A stretch of DNA of 32,000 bases from Akkermansia muciniphila ATCC BAA-835 (GTDB taxonomy: Bacteria; Verrucomicrobiota; Verrucomicrobiia; Verrucomicrobiales; Akkermansiaceae): positions 1,770,001 through 1,802,000 of the forward strand of contig NC_010655.1 in assembly GCF_000020225.1 (NCBI RefSeq), written 5' to 3'. Under the pieces are notes generated by a model. That model worked only from the letters and a program-made list of their open reading frames with translations. It searched no databases and was not told where the DNA came from. The position numbers and the translations under genes were made by a program. Below are positions 8,174 to 17,040 of this stretch, in pieces. How positions within the stretch are numbered: position 1 is the first letter of the stretch; the number at the start of each line of letters is the position of its first letter.

Positions 8174-9049
8174 ATGAACAGCATGACCGGTTTCGGCAGA
8201 GCCGCCGCCCAGACAGACCGTTATAATATCCTTGTTGAAATATCAGGCGTAAACCGCAAACAAACGGAAATTGCCGTCAATGTGCCGCGCGGCTATGCGG
8301 AATGGGACGCCTCCGTGCGTTCCATCGTGCAGGGGGCTGTTTCCCGCGGCCGTGTAGGCGTCTCCATTTCTGTGGAGCGTCTGGAGGAAGCGGATGGCTT
8401 CCTCCAGCTTGATGAGCAGAAACTGGCCTCCCTGGCGGAGCTGCTGAACCGTGCGTCTGACCTGACAGGTCAACCGTTGCCCCTCCAGGCGTCCGACCTG
8501 CTGAGGCTGGATATCGTTACTTCCGCAGCGGAAGCATCCTTTTCTCCGGAAGAAGCGTGGCCGATGGTGGAAAAGGCGCTCAAAGCCGCCTTGAAGGATT
8601 TTATTTCCATGCGTGCGGCGGAAGGCGCCAACCTGAAAGCGGACGTTCTTGGCAAGCTGGATGTCTTAGAGCAATTCCGCCTCCGTATCGCGGAACATGC
8701 CCCTTTCGTGCCTGTCAGGCTTCGGGAGGCCATGCTCAAGCGCTTGGCTGATGCCGACCTGTCCGTTTCCGCGGACGATGAACGCATCATCCGGGAAGTG
8801 GCCCTGTTTGCGGACAAGTGCGACATTTCCGAGGAAATTACCCGTCTCTCCTCCCATTTTGACCAGTTCCGCACCTTGTGCGGTTCCTCCGCTCCTGCGG
8901 GCAGGCCTCTGGATTTCCTTTGCCAGGAAATCTTCCGGGAATTCAACACCATCGGCTCCAAGGCGAACGATTCCACGCTGGCCCATCTGGTTGTGGCTGC
9001 CAAGACGGAGCTGGAGAAAATCAGGGAACAGGTTCAGAACATCGAATGA
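8174..9049 (+). CDS. yicC: YicC/YloC family stress-induced protein
   Basis: The N-terminus MNSMTGFGRA and the C-terminal block EIFREFNTIGSKAND...ELEKIREQVQNIE are hallmarks of the YicC family (YicC_N + DUF1732). Confidence 0.85.
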   Translation: MNSMTGFGRAAAQTDRYNILVEISGVNRKQTEIAVNVPRGYAEWDASVRSIVQGAVSRGRVGVSISVERLEEADGFLQLDEQKLASLAELLNRASDLTGQPLPLQASDLLRLDIVTSAAEASFSPEEAWPMVEKALKAALKDFISMRAAEGANLKADVLGKLDVLEQFRLRIAEHAPFVPVRLREAMLKRLADADLSVSADDERIIREVALFADKCDISEEITRLSSHFDQFRTLCGSSAPAGRPLDFLCQEIFREFNTIGSKANDSTLAHLVVAAKTELEKIREQVQNIE

Positions 9050-9648
9050 CAGCCATGAAACAGCCATTGGGAACATTGCTGGTGGTATCCGGGCCTTCCG
9101 GTTCCGGGAAGACGACGTTGTGCCGCCGCGCGACGGAAAACGGTCTGTGTGTGTACAGCATTTCCTGCACGACGCGCCAGCCCAGACCCGGGGAAGTCAA
9201 TGGAGTGGATTACCATTTCCTGACTCCCGCCGAATTTGACGCCAGGGTGGAGCGGGGAGACTTTCTGGAATATGCGGAGGTGCACGGCAACCGCTACGGT
9301 ACGCTGAAAGCGGATATTTTGACTCTTCTGGAACAGGGGAAAAACGTGGTGATGGATATTGACGTGCAGGGGGCTGGGCAAGTCCGTTCCTGCCGGGAGG
9401 GCATTCTACCCCTCTGCTATGTGGACGTTTACATTTATGTGCCGCAGGCGGAGCTTAAAAACCGCCTTTGCGGACGGCAGACGGATGGCGCTGAAACCAT
9501 TGCCCTGCGTCTTCGCAATGCGGAACAGGAAGACGCCTGCCTGCCGCAGTACCAGTACTGCCTGGTTTCCTCCGACCGCGAGACGGATTATGCTTCCTTT
9601 TGCGCCCTGCTCAAATGCCAGTCCATGCGGGTGGGACTGATGCGGTGA
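9046..9648 (+). CDS. gmk: Guanylate kinase
   Basis: The P-loop VVSGPSGSGKTTL and the motifs TTRQPRPGEVNGVDYHF and FLEYAEVHGNRYGT are present. The ATG at 9046 overlaps the yicC stop (ATGA). An alternative ATG lies at 9055. Confidence 0.9.
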   Translation: MTAMKQPLGTLLVVSGPSGSGKTTLCRRATENGLCVYSISCTTRQPRPGEVNGVDYHFLTPAEFDARVERGDFLEYAEVHGNRYGTLKADILTLLEQGKNVVMDIDVQGAGQVRSCREGILPLCYVDVYIYVPQAELKNRLCGRQTDGAETIALRLRNAEQEDACLPQYQYCLVSSDRETDYASFCALLKCQSMRVGLMR

Positions 9649-9667
9649 TAAGGTCTTGCCTGTTTAT

Positions 9668-9690
9668 CGAGAGACTGCGTTCTCTCGTTT
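9668..9690 (+). terminator. Possible weak terminator after gmk
   Basis: A 7-bp stem cgagaga / tctctcg with a 6-nt loop is followed by only TTT. Confidence 0.3.
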
Positions 9691-10159
9691 CGTCCCCCGT
9701 CACATGGCATCCGGGATGGCGGCTCCGGTTCCGAGACATTTGGAATTGGTTTTCTTCCCGTGCCTATATGGTATGTGATTCCCTTTCCTCTGATCCGGCC
9801 TGCGTGAAAAAACGCGGGTTGAAATTCTTGACGGGCAGGATACTCATAGGCTCTTTGAATAATTCAATGTTGAAATTATCCTCCAGGCAAAGGTGTCCCG
9901 GTAGGTCAGATACTGCCCCGTTTCCTTGTATCCGTTAATTGCCTTTTTGACTAAAATGTTTGACTGTCAGTTGAACGTGGATGGATGAAACTACTGTTTC
10001 CCGTTGTTCTCTTCTTAAGGAGAAGGATAATGTAAAATAGGAGCCCTGCTTTTAGACGAAACAGGGATATTGTTTTTTGTTCCCGTGGGAATGATGGCGC
10101 CTTTGACCGGGTGCTTGGTTTCCTTTCCGTTGACCGGGCCTTCCAAAGCTATTATCGCT

Positions 10160-12034
10160 CTACTTGAGCGGATACAACCAGCCGATGGCGCAGGTAAAAA
10201 TGACCCAGAGGAGCAGGTTGAGGGGGAGTCCCACTTTGACGAAGTCCTTAAATTTGTAACCGCCCGCATTGTACACGTAAGTGTTGGTCTGGTAGCCGAT
10301 GGGGGTGGAGAAGCTGGCGCTGGCGCCGAACATGACAGCCAGAATGAAGGGAATGGGGTTGGCGTCGAATTGCAGGGCCATTTCATAAGCCAGAGGCCCC
10401 ATGACGGCCGCTACGGCATTGTTGGAGATCATCTCCGTCAGGATAGAGCAGATCAGGTACAGGCCGGAGATGGCGACCAGGCACCCCAACGGGCCTATAT
10501 TATCCACTACGCCGAAAGCAATGGCTTTGGCAAGCCCGGTTTTGCTCATGGCTTCTCCCACGCACAGCATTCCCAGAATCAGAAAAATAATGCCCCAGTC
10601 CACCGCCTGGTAGGCTTCCTTCGGCTTGATGCAGCCGGAGATGATGACGATGAGAGCTCCGATGTAGGCGAGATAGAAGGGATTGAAGCGCGCGAAGAAT
10701 TTGAAGAATTCCCCGTATTGCTCAAAGGAGCCCAGCAGGCCGATAAAAATGAACAGCCCCATGGCCAGGATGGCCCAGCCCTGTTTGCTGCGGTTGTGCG
10801 CTTCCGCAGGACGCTGGCTCAGGGGGATGATGCGCTGCTTGGTCAGGATGCGGTTCATTCCTTCCTGCGGTCCTTCCAGAAGAAGCGTGTCCCCTGCCGC
10901 CAGCTTGGTGTTCGGCCCCATGTCCGTGATGTTTTTGCCCTGCCTGTGGATGGCGAGCACGAAGATGTTGAATCTCTGGCGCAGCTTGAGTTCGGACAGG
11001 GACAGCCCGGCGAATTCGGAATTGTTGGCGATCATGCCTTCCACGATTTGCACATCGCGCTGCTCCAGCGTTTCCAGCCCGCGGCTGTCATCCCAGCCCA
11101 GGTCCACGCCTTTGGCTTCCCTCACCTGGTTGACTTTTCTGGCGTTGCACAGGAAAAGAATGCGGTCTCCTTCTTCCAGGTTGATGTGCTGCAGCTCTTC
11201 CTGCATGGAGAATCCCCTGCGGCGAACTTCCACGATTTTGGTGCCCAGCAACTCGGTTTGCATCAGGTTGATGGGAGTGGTGCCGATGTGGGGGGAATCC
11301 GCGGGAATTCTGACCTGGAGCAGGAAATCGCGCTGGATGCCGCCCGGAAGCATGGTGGACAAAGTGGGGCGGGATGGAAGCCATTTGCGGCCTAATGTCC
11401 AGAGGTAGAGCAGGCCCGCCGCCGCATAAATCAGGCCCATGGGCGTTACCGTGAACATCTGGATGCCGTCATAACCCAGTTTCTGCACCTGGCCGAGCAC
11501 AACTACGTTGGTGGATGTTCCGACCACGGAGCAGGTGCCTCCCAGAATGGTGGCGTAGGAGAGGGGGATGAGCAGCTTGGAGGCCGCGATGTTATGATCC
11601 CTGCAGAAGGCCAGCACGATGGGCATCAGGATGACGACCACCGGGGTGTTGTTGACGAAGGGGGAAACCATGAACGCTCCCAGTGTAATGACCAGCAGGG
11701 CGGTCAGTTCCCTCCCCTTGGCTACCTTGTTGAACAGTTTGGAAAGGTCTCCTATTAATCCCGTTCTTTCCAGGGAAGCACTCAGAATGAACATGCACAC
11801 CACTGTCAGCGGTCCGCTGTTGGCAAAGCTGGACAGCACATCACGCGTGCTCAGAATTCCCGTGAGCATGAGGACGGCGGTGCCTGTCAGGGCTGTGATT
11901 TCCACGGGCATCCATTCCTTGATGAAGCTGATGAATAACAGGACCAGCAGAATGCCTACAATCCATTGCTGGGCGGCCGCTGATTCCAGCCAGCCTATGA
12001 CGGAGGCGGAGTTGATGTTGAGAAGAGGAAGCAT
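10160..12034 (-). CDS. SLC13/DASS-family anion permease with two central TrkA-C (RCK_C) domains
   Basis: The termini are multi-TM. There are two central soluble repeats: VRIPADSPHIG...GDRILFLC and IANNSEFAGLSLSEL...AGDTLLLEG. The ATG at 12034 (MLPLLNINSAS...) avoids the improbable 51-aa N-terminal extension. Confidence 0.85.
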   Translation of the reverse strand: MLPLLNINSASVIGWLESAAAQQWIVGILLVLLFISFIKEWMPVEITALTGTAVLMLTGILSTRDVLSSFANSGPLTVVCMFILSASLERTGLIGDLSKLFNKVAKGRELTALLVITLGAFMVSPFVNNTPVVVILMPIVLAFCRDHNIAASKLLIPLSYATILGGTCSVVGTSTNVVVLGQVQKLGYDGIQMFTVTPMGLIYAAAGLLYLWTLGRKWLPSRPTLSTMLPGGIQRDFLLQVRIPADSPHIGTTPINLMQTELLGTKIVEVRRRGFSMQEELQHINLEEGDRILFLCNARKVNQVREAKGVDLGWDDSRGLETLEQRDVQIVEGMIANNSEFAGLSLSELKLRQRFNIFVLAIHRQGKNITDMGPNTKLAAGDTLLLEGPQEGMNRILTKQRIIPLSQRPAEAHNRSKQGWAILAMGLFIFIGLLGSFEQYGEFFKFFARFNPFYLAYIGALIVIISGCIKPKEAYQAVDWGIIFLILGMLCVGEAMSKTGLAKAIAFGVVDNIGPLGCLVAISGLYLICSILTEMISNNAVAAVMGPLAYEMALQFDANPIPFILAVMFGASASFSTPIGYQTNTYVYNAGGYKFKDFVKVGLPLNLLLWVIFTCAIGWLYPLK

Positions 12035-12165
12035 GGTTTGAAAGTTGAAGGTGTGGGGAAAGGGTCCAACTCTCCTACTTTCCCGGCTTCTATCTGTCAA
12101 GCCGCAATAATTTTCCGGAAAGGGTTTGAAAAGGTTCCTGCGCTTTTTTATTGTTGGTGCGCCGC

Positions 12166-13011
12166 ATGGATTCCCCCATAATAACAAGGTTTGCTCCCAG
12201 CCCTACAGGCAATCTCCATCTGGGGCACGCCCTGGCTGCGTGGGAAGCCCGTTCCCTGGCGAACCGTTTTTCCGGGAAGTGCGTGCTGAGGATGGAAGAT
12301 ATCGACCAGACGCGGTGCCGTCCGGAGTTTGTTCAGGGCATATTGAAAGATCTGGAGTGGCTGGGCATCCGCTTTGACGGTCCCATGATGGTTCAGTCTT
12401 CACGCTTCAGCGCTTATGAACACGCTCTTCAGACGCTGAAGGACCGGGGCGTGCTGTACCCCTGTTTCTGTACGCGCCGGGAGATTGCGGAGGAGGTGGC
12501 CGCCATGGGTGGGGCGCCGCAGGGGGGCTGCGTGGACGTATATCCGGGAACTTGCCGGCTGCTTGACAAGGGGCGCAGGAAAGAGCTTCTCAAATCCGGC
12601 AAACCTTTTTCCTGGCGGCTGGATTGCCGTGCTGCGGCGCGGATTACCGGTCCCCTGCTATGGAGGGACATGCGGTTCGGAGATCAGGTTTGCCGTCCAG
12701 AAGAACTGGGGGATGTGATTCTGGGCCGCAAGGACTGCGCCGCCAGCTACCATATTGCCGTGGTTGTGGACGACGCTGCCCAGGGAGTTACCCATGTAAG
12801 CCGTGGTGAGGATTTATTCCCTGTGACGGGCATCCACCGGACGCTCCAGGCCCTGTTGGAGCTTCCTGTTCCGCAGTGGTATCATCACCGGCTGGTGAAG
12901 GATGCTTCCGGCAAGCGGCTTGCCAAGAGGGACAGGAGCCTGAGCCTTCAGGAAATGCGTGCCGCCGGGATGCGGCCGGAAGACGTGTTCCGGCTGATGC
13001 GGGAGAGCTGA
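12166..13011 (+). CDS. gluQ: tRNA glutamyl-Q(34) synthetase (GluQRS)
   Basis: The motifs TRFAPSPTGNLHLGHA (HIGH-like), CFCTRREI and HIAVVVDDAAQGVTHVSRGEDL are present. The protein is a truncated GluRS catalytic domain of about 281 aa. The track start at 12151 is TTG, and the first ATG is at 12166. Confidence 0.85.
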   Translation: MDSPIITRFAPSPTGNLHLGHALAAWEARSLANRFSGKCVLRMEDIDQTRCRPEFVQGILKDLEWLGIRFDGPMMVQSSRFSAYEHALQTLKDRGVLYPCFCTRREIAEEVAAMGGAPQGGCVDVYPGTCRLLDKGRRKELLKSGKPFSWRLDCRAAARITGPLLWRDMRFGDQVCRPEELGDVILGRKDCAASYHIAVVVDDAAQGVTHVSRGEDLFPVTGIHRTLQALLELPVPQWYHHRLVKDASGKRLAKRDRSLSLQEMRAAGMRPEDVFRLMRES

Positions 13012-13067
13012 GGGATTTTCATTCCCTTATAGGCGGGGGTGCGTTGTTACGCCGGGAAAGGCAGGGG

Positions 13068-13571
13068 TCAGGCTGTGGCTTGCGTTTTTCCAGCAGCCGG
13101 TCGGGTGATTTTCTTTCCGATGCAGAGCAGGCATGCATAAGCCGCCGCCAGGGTCAGCAGGAGAAGGGAGCTCAGGATGGCCAGCAGATTCAGATGCCCC
13201 AGCGGGATGAGCCATGCGTGCGGCATGGCTGCCGTTCCTGCCAGTATCTGGGGAAGCCAGATGAAAGCCGCCTGGGAAAACAGGCTGACGGCTGTGAAGG
13301 CCAGCCCCGCGGCCAGGGTGAGCCATACCGCCGGAAGTACTGGCAGGAATGTTTCATGGATGTTTTTTTTCATGGCCCGTGCCGTTCCTGCGAATATGGA
13401 AACGAGAAACAGGGGGACCAGCAATGCGGCGGCAGGGAGGGTGTCCCAAAGGAGCCATGTGCAGAGGGGGGAGACGGCCGTCAGGAGGCCCGTGCTCTTA
13501 ATCAGGAGGCCCCGGGGCGGCGGGGCTGGTGCCGCGGCGTGGTTCATATATCCGTTAATCGGGCCAGACAT
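13068..13571 (-). CDS. Hypothetical integral membrane protein (about 4 TM)
   Basis: The ORF is hydrophobic and is the last gene in the aroD-menA strand block. The ATG at 13571 overlaps the upstream gene by 17 nt. An alternative ATG lies at 13547. I recognise no family. Confidence 0.5.
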   Translation of the reverse strand: MSGPINGYMNHAAAPAPPPRGLLIKSTGLLTAVSPLCTWLLWDTLPAAALLVPLFLVSIFAGTARAMKKNIHETFLPVLPAVWLTLAAGLAFTAVSLFSQAAFIWLPQILAGTAAMPHAWLIPLGHLNLLAILSSLLLLTLAAAYACLLCIGKKITRPAAGKTQATA

Positions 13572-13986
13572 TGCCGGGCGTGCTTCCCTGGGTAATGACG
13601 ACTTCCTGGCCTATTTTCAGGGTGAAGTTTGGCGTTACTTCCTGCTGTACTTCCACAAGTTCGTTCGTATCCTTGAGCTTGACGCGCACGCGGATCATTT
13701 TGACGGCTTCCACCCTGCCGTCCACGATGGAGCCTGTGGCGGAAGCCAGTTTTGAGGTCCCCATGCCGATGATGCCGGGAGTCATGGCCTCCGCCGCCGT
13801 TCCGGCCATGTTGGCAAAGGTGCCATCGTCCGTGGAGGTAAGGACGTTGATTTCCTTGATGCGGACCACGTTGCCCAGCTTGATGGTCGTCACTTTGCCG
13901 GTGGCGATTTCCAGATTGCTTTTTTGGGTGCAGGAGAAAAGGACAGGGAGAATAAGAAAAGCGGGAATGAATGGAAGCGGATTCAT
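13555..13986 (-). CDS. Hypothetical small lipoprotein
   Basis: The sequence MNPLPFIPAFLILPVLFSCTQ carries the lipobox LFSC. A Gly/Ala/Thr-rich middle section is followed by a beta-rich C-terminus. The start is an ATG. Confidence 0.6.
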   Translation of the reverse strand: MNPLPFIPAFLILPVLFSCTQKSNLEIATGKVTTIKLGNVVRIKEINVLTSTDDGTFANMAGTAAEAMTPGIIGMGTSKLASATGSIVDGRVEAVKMIRVRVKLKDTNELVEVQQEVTPNFTLKIGQEVVITQGSTPGNVWPD

Positions 13987-14026
13987 GATGAACGTAGTTA
14001 ACTACGCTGGCGGGGTTAAGCGTTTT

Positions 14027-14953
14027 TCAGCGTGTGGGAAGAATTGTGTAGGTAGCCAGATACAGGAGCAAATGGAGGGAGGAGAGTGCCAGTACCCTGT
14101 TCATGCGGCTGTCCGCGGGCGTTTTGCGGATTAGGAGCATCAGATACCCGCCGAAGAGGATGGAGGGTATCCACATCCACCACGTATGGGACAGGTTCAG
14201 GTGAAGGGCCCGGCTGGATGTGGGCAGCGTGATGTAGGCAGCCAGGATGAAAGACTGGGCCATGGCGCGCGCCTTTCCTTCCCCCAGCCGCACGGCCAGC
14301 GTGCGCTTGCCCGTAGTGAGGTCTTCCTTTCTGTCGCGGATATTGTTGACGGATATCATGACGGCGCACAGGAGGCCGCATTGAATGCCTGTTACGATGC
14401 CGGCATTGTACACCGCAAGCGATTCCACCAGCGTGCCGGGTACGACGGGCGCCGTGCCTATCTGCACCAGAATGGTTCCCAGTACGGCAACCAGTCCGAA
14501 GAAGAGGATGACGAATATTTCCCCCAGGCCCTTGTAGGCCAGCGGCCACGGCCCTCCCGTATAGCCATAGGTGAAGTAGAGGGACGGGATGCCGATGGCG
14601 AGGATGGGCCAGCCGCGCAGTTCGATAAGGGGAAAGGCCAGAAGGCACGCTCCCAGCAGGAAGAAGAGGCCGATGAGCATGACTGTTCTGTGGGAGAGGG
14701 CTCCGCTGGCCGTCATGCGCACGGGCCCGGTTCGCCGTTCCGTATCGGCGTGCTTGGCATGGTCAATGGCGTCATTGAAAAAATTGCAGGCAATCTGGAG
14801 GCACAGGCAGGAAGTCAGTGTCAGGAGGGCCAGGGACGCATTCCAGCTGCCGGTCAGTTTCTGCACCACCATGCAGCCTGCCCATACCGGAATCAGGGAG
14901 GCGGTGAGCGTCTTGGGGCGTGCCGCCAGAAAGGCGGAAGTAATGATATTCAT
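14027..14953 (-). CDS. menA: 1,4-dihydroxy-2-naphthoate polyprenyltransferase
   Basis: The UbiA-superfamily motifs ARPKTLTASLIPVWAG and NFFNDAIDHAKHADT (NDxxD) are present with multiple TM helices. The ATG at 14953 lies 19 nt after the aroD stop. The 506-aa track ORF is an artefactual extension running through aroD out of frame. Confidence 0.85.
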   Translation of the reverse strand: MNIITSAFLAARPKTLTASLIPVWAGCMVVQKLTGSWNASLALLTLTSCLCLQIACNFFNDAIDHAKHADTERRTGPVRMTASGALSHRTVMLIGLFFLLGACLLAFPLIELRGWPILAIGIPSLYFTYGYTGGPWPLAYKGLGEIFVILFFGLVAVLGTILVQIGTAPVVPGTLVESLAVYNAGIVTGIQCGLLCAVMISVNNIRDRKEDLTTGKRTLAVRLGEGKARAMAQSFILAAYITLPTSSRALHLNLSHTWWMWIPSILFGGYLMLLIRKTPADSRMNRVLALSSLHLLLYLATYTILPTR

Positions 14954-14972
14954 GTGAGGGAAGGCTCCGTAA

Positions 14973-15680
14973 TCAGCGGAGGATGGGGCCGAGGCGGCGG
15001 AGGGTTTCCTTAATGAGTGAGACGTGCCATTGCCCGGGGGCCGTTTCCTCTTCTCCCAGGTAGCCATATACCAGGCAGGAACCCAGTTGAGAGTAAAGCA
15101 GGCGGGAGACGGGTCCCATGGGCCCCATTCCCATGACGGCGATCGGCCCCTTGGGCTTGGTGAAAAGCTGTACTCCTGTCTGGATGTCCGAGGCCAGGCA
15201 GGGCGTGAATGCAAATTTGACGATATCCGCCTTGTAGGAGCGCGCCTTTTTTTCCTGTTCGCGCAGGTAATCCACACCCGGAGTGATTTGGAAATCATGG
15301 GTGGAGCCGATGATGATGACGTCCCGCTCCCGCGCTTCCATAACCAGTTCCCTGGCGTGGCGCATGGCCTTGATTTCAATGTCCATGGCGGCGGCATACG
15401 GCATATAGGCCCGGAGCAGGGCAAAGCGCTCTTCTTCCGGGATGCGGCGCAGCCCTCCTTCCTCATGGCAGCGCACGGTGACCAGCAGGGGCATCTCCGG
15501 CCGGAACTCCATAACCTGTTCAGTCGTGAGTTCCGGGGGAAGGGCATCCACGCGCAGTTCTACTAGATCGCACTGGTCTGTTAAATCTTTTCCTTTCAGC
15601 GTTTTCCATAGCTCCCACGAGGTAACGGACGCAACGATTTTCGGCGGATAGGCCTGATGTTCACGTACAATCTGCTGCAT
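14973..15680 (-). CDS. aroD: Type I 3-dehydroquinate dehydratase
   Basis: Five blocks align with E. coli AroD. PKIVASV matches PKIIVSL, and LVELRVD matches ILEWRVD. PLLVTVRCHEEGG matches PLLFTFRSAKEGG. STHDFQITP contains the catalytic His, and ADIVKFAFTP contains the Schiff-base Lys. Confidence 0.85.
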   Translation of the reverse strand: MQQIVREHQAYPPKIVASVTSWELWKTLKGKDLTDQCDLVELRVDALPPELTTEQVMEFRPEMPLLVTVRCHEEGGLRRIPEEERFALLRAYMPYAAAMDIEIKAMRHARELVMEARERDVIIIGSTHDFQITPGVDYLREQEKKARSYKADIVKFAFTPCLASDIQTGVQLFTKPKGPIAVMGMGPMGPVSRLLYSQLGSCLVYGYLGEEETAPGQWHVSLIKETLRRLGPILR

Positions 15681-16010
15681 ACATCCTACTATCCCAGCAA
15701 AGGAAGGAAGGTCAATCTTCTATTGATGAGTTCCACTTCATTTTGGGGCCGAGTATGTCAGTTCGCCTGCCTTTTCCCCTTTTGGAACTGTGTTTTTCTT
15801 CCTGTGCCAGCCCTGTTGGCCGGTTTCCCGGCAGACGGATTGACGGATGTTGGCGCCGGCTGCCGTTCAAGATGCCGGCAGGGCTGTTTCGTATGGTCCG
15901 TTTCCTTGTTGTGGCGGAGGGCGTTATTTTCCTGCCTCTGCACGTTAAAAACATGTTGAGAATGGAGGTCCGGCTTGAAAAGGGAGTTCGGAGGGAGCTA
16001 GGTGAAGGCC

Positions 16011-16835
16011 ATGAATATGCTTTGGTCAAGGTTATTGCGGATGGGGAGGAATCCCTTTTGGGCGGCTTTGGATGCCGTGCTGGTGGTAAGGACGGAAAAA
16101 GATTCGTCCGGGCATCCGGAATGGTCCTGGAAGGCGTATGTCCCTCATGGCGTTCCGGTTCATGAATTGCCTCCGGTGCCCGTTCCTCTTCCGGAAGGGG
16201 ATTGGGATAAGGAGCGGTTTCGTAAGGAAAGACGGAAAGCTGCCCGGGTGTTGGGTCACCAGGCCGCTTTAACGCTGGCTTCTTCCCTCCATTTCTCCCG
16301 TTTCATGATTGTGGAGGAAGAGTGCCGTTTCAGGCTGCCGGTAATAGGTTCCACGGCGCGGATGCTTGGGCAGCTGCTGAAAGGCTGCCGGGAAAGAACT
16401 GCTCTGTTTTTAAGTGAGCCGCGTTTGTCTCCCCATACGGCCTGCTCCGTGGCGAAAGGAGAAAAATCCATCCTGCTGCGCGTGACGGATATGGCGGCAT
16501 CAGCTGCGTATGTGATGGACCTTTCCTTATGTGAACGCATTCTTTTATCTCTTCCGTCAGATCAGCGGGTCTGGCCATGGCTGAGGTATTATGGTTCTCT
16601 GGAGGAATGGTTTGCCCGGTATCTGGGACGTTATGGTGATTTATATGCTCTTTCCCCTGCGTTCGTTTCCTGCGGAGAGGGCGCTCCCATGCCCTCCCTC
16701 TGCAAATCCCTGGGCCATTTCAATAATGCACGCACCAAATATACGGATCTGTCTTATCTGGTGAATCCGGCGGTCAATTCATGGCGCTGGCTGAAAAACG
16801 TGAACATTTTTTCCGGCAGAAAAAGGCTTGGGTGA
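16011..16835 (+). CDS. Hypothetical protein with no recognisable family
   Basis: This is a long ORF with non-shadow composition and no convincing ORF on the opposite strand. The track start at 16002 is GTG, and the first ATG is at 16011. GGAGGGAG lies upstream at about 15990. Confidence 0.5.
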   Translation: MNMLWSRLLRMGRNPFWAALDAVLVVRTEKDSSGHPEWSWKAYVPHGVPVHELPPVPVPLPEGDWDKERFRKERRKAARVLGHQAALTLASSLHFSRFMIVEEECRFRLPVIGSTARMLGQLLKGCRERTALFLSEPRLSPHTACSVAKGEKSILLRVTDMAASAAYVMDLSLCERILLSLPSDQRVWPWLRYYGSLEEWFARYLGRYGDLYALSPAFVSCGEGAPMPSLCKSLGHFNNARTKYTDLSYLVNPAVNSWRWLKNVNIFSGRKRLG

Positions 16836-16960
16836 GAACCCCGGGATGCGTTTTGCTCCGGCTTCGCCGGATTACCGTTTGCGGGGGATGAACGCCTGCA
16901 TGGCTGGGGCTGCCGCCTTACGGCAGAGCTTGAAATAAGGTGTTCCGTGCGCCCGTCATC

Positions 16961-16996
16961 TCAAAAGCAAAACCCCGGACCGCAGGCGGTCCGGGG
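16961..16996 (-). terminator. Rho-independent terminator downstream of the capsid-like gene, probably bidirectional
   Basis: A 9-bp GC stem ccccggacc / ggtccgggg has a 6-nt loop. On the minus strand it is followed by TTTTGCTTTTGA. On the plus strand TTTTT follows within 8 nt, which would suit the convergent 16011-16835 gene. Confidence 0.7.
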
Positions 16997-17040
16997 CGGC
17001 TCCCTTTTTCCGGAGGGAGGATGCCGTGATATTAGAGGGG

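Noticed and set aside
9600-9938. A 112-aa plus-strand ORF at the gmk 3' end
   Set aside because: It overlaps gmk out of frame, has an implausible Arg/Ser/Cys/Trp-rich sequence, and matches no family.
14954-15547. The N-terminal 198 codons of the 506-aa track ORF that contains menA
   Set aside because: The extension runs out of frame through aroD and is Arg/Pro/Ser/Trp-rich. The MenA homology begins at the ATG at 14953.
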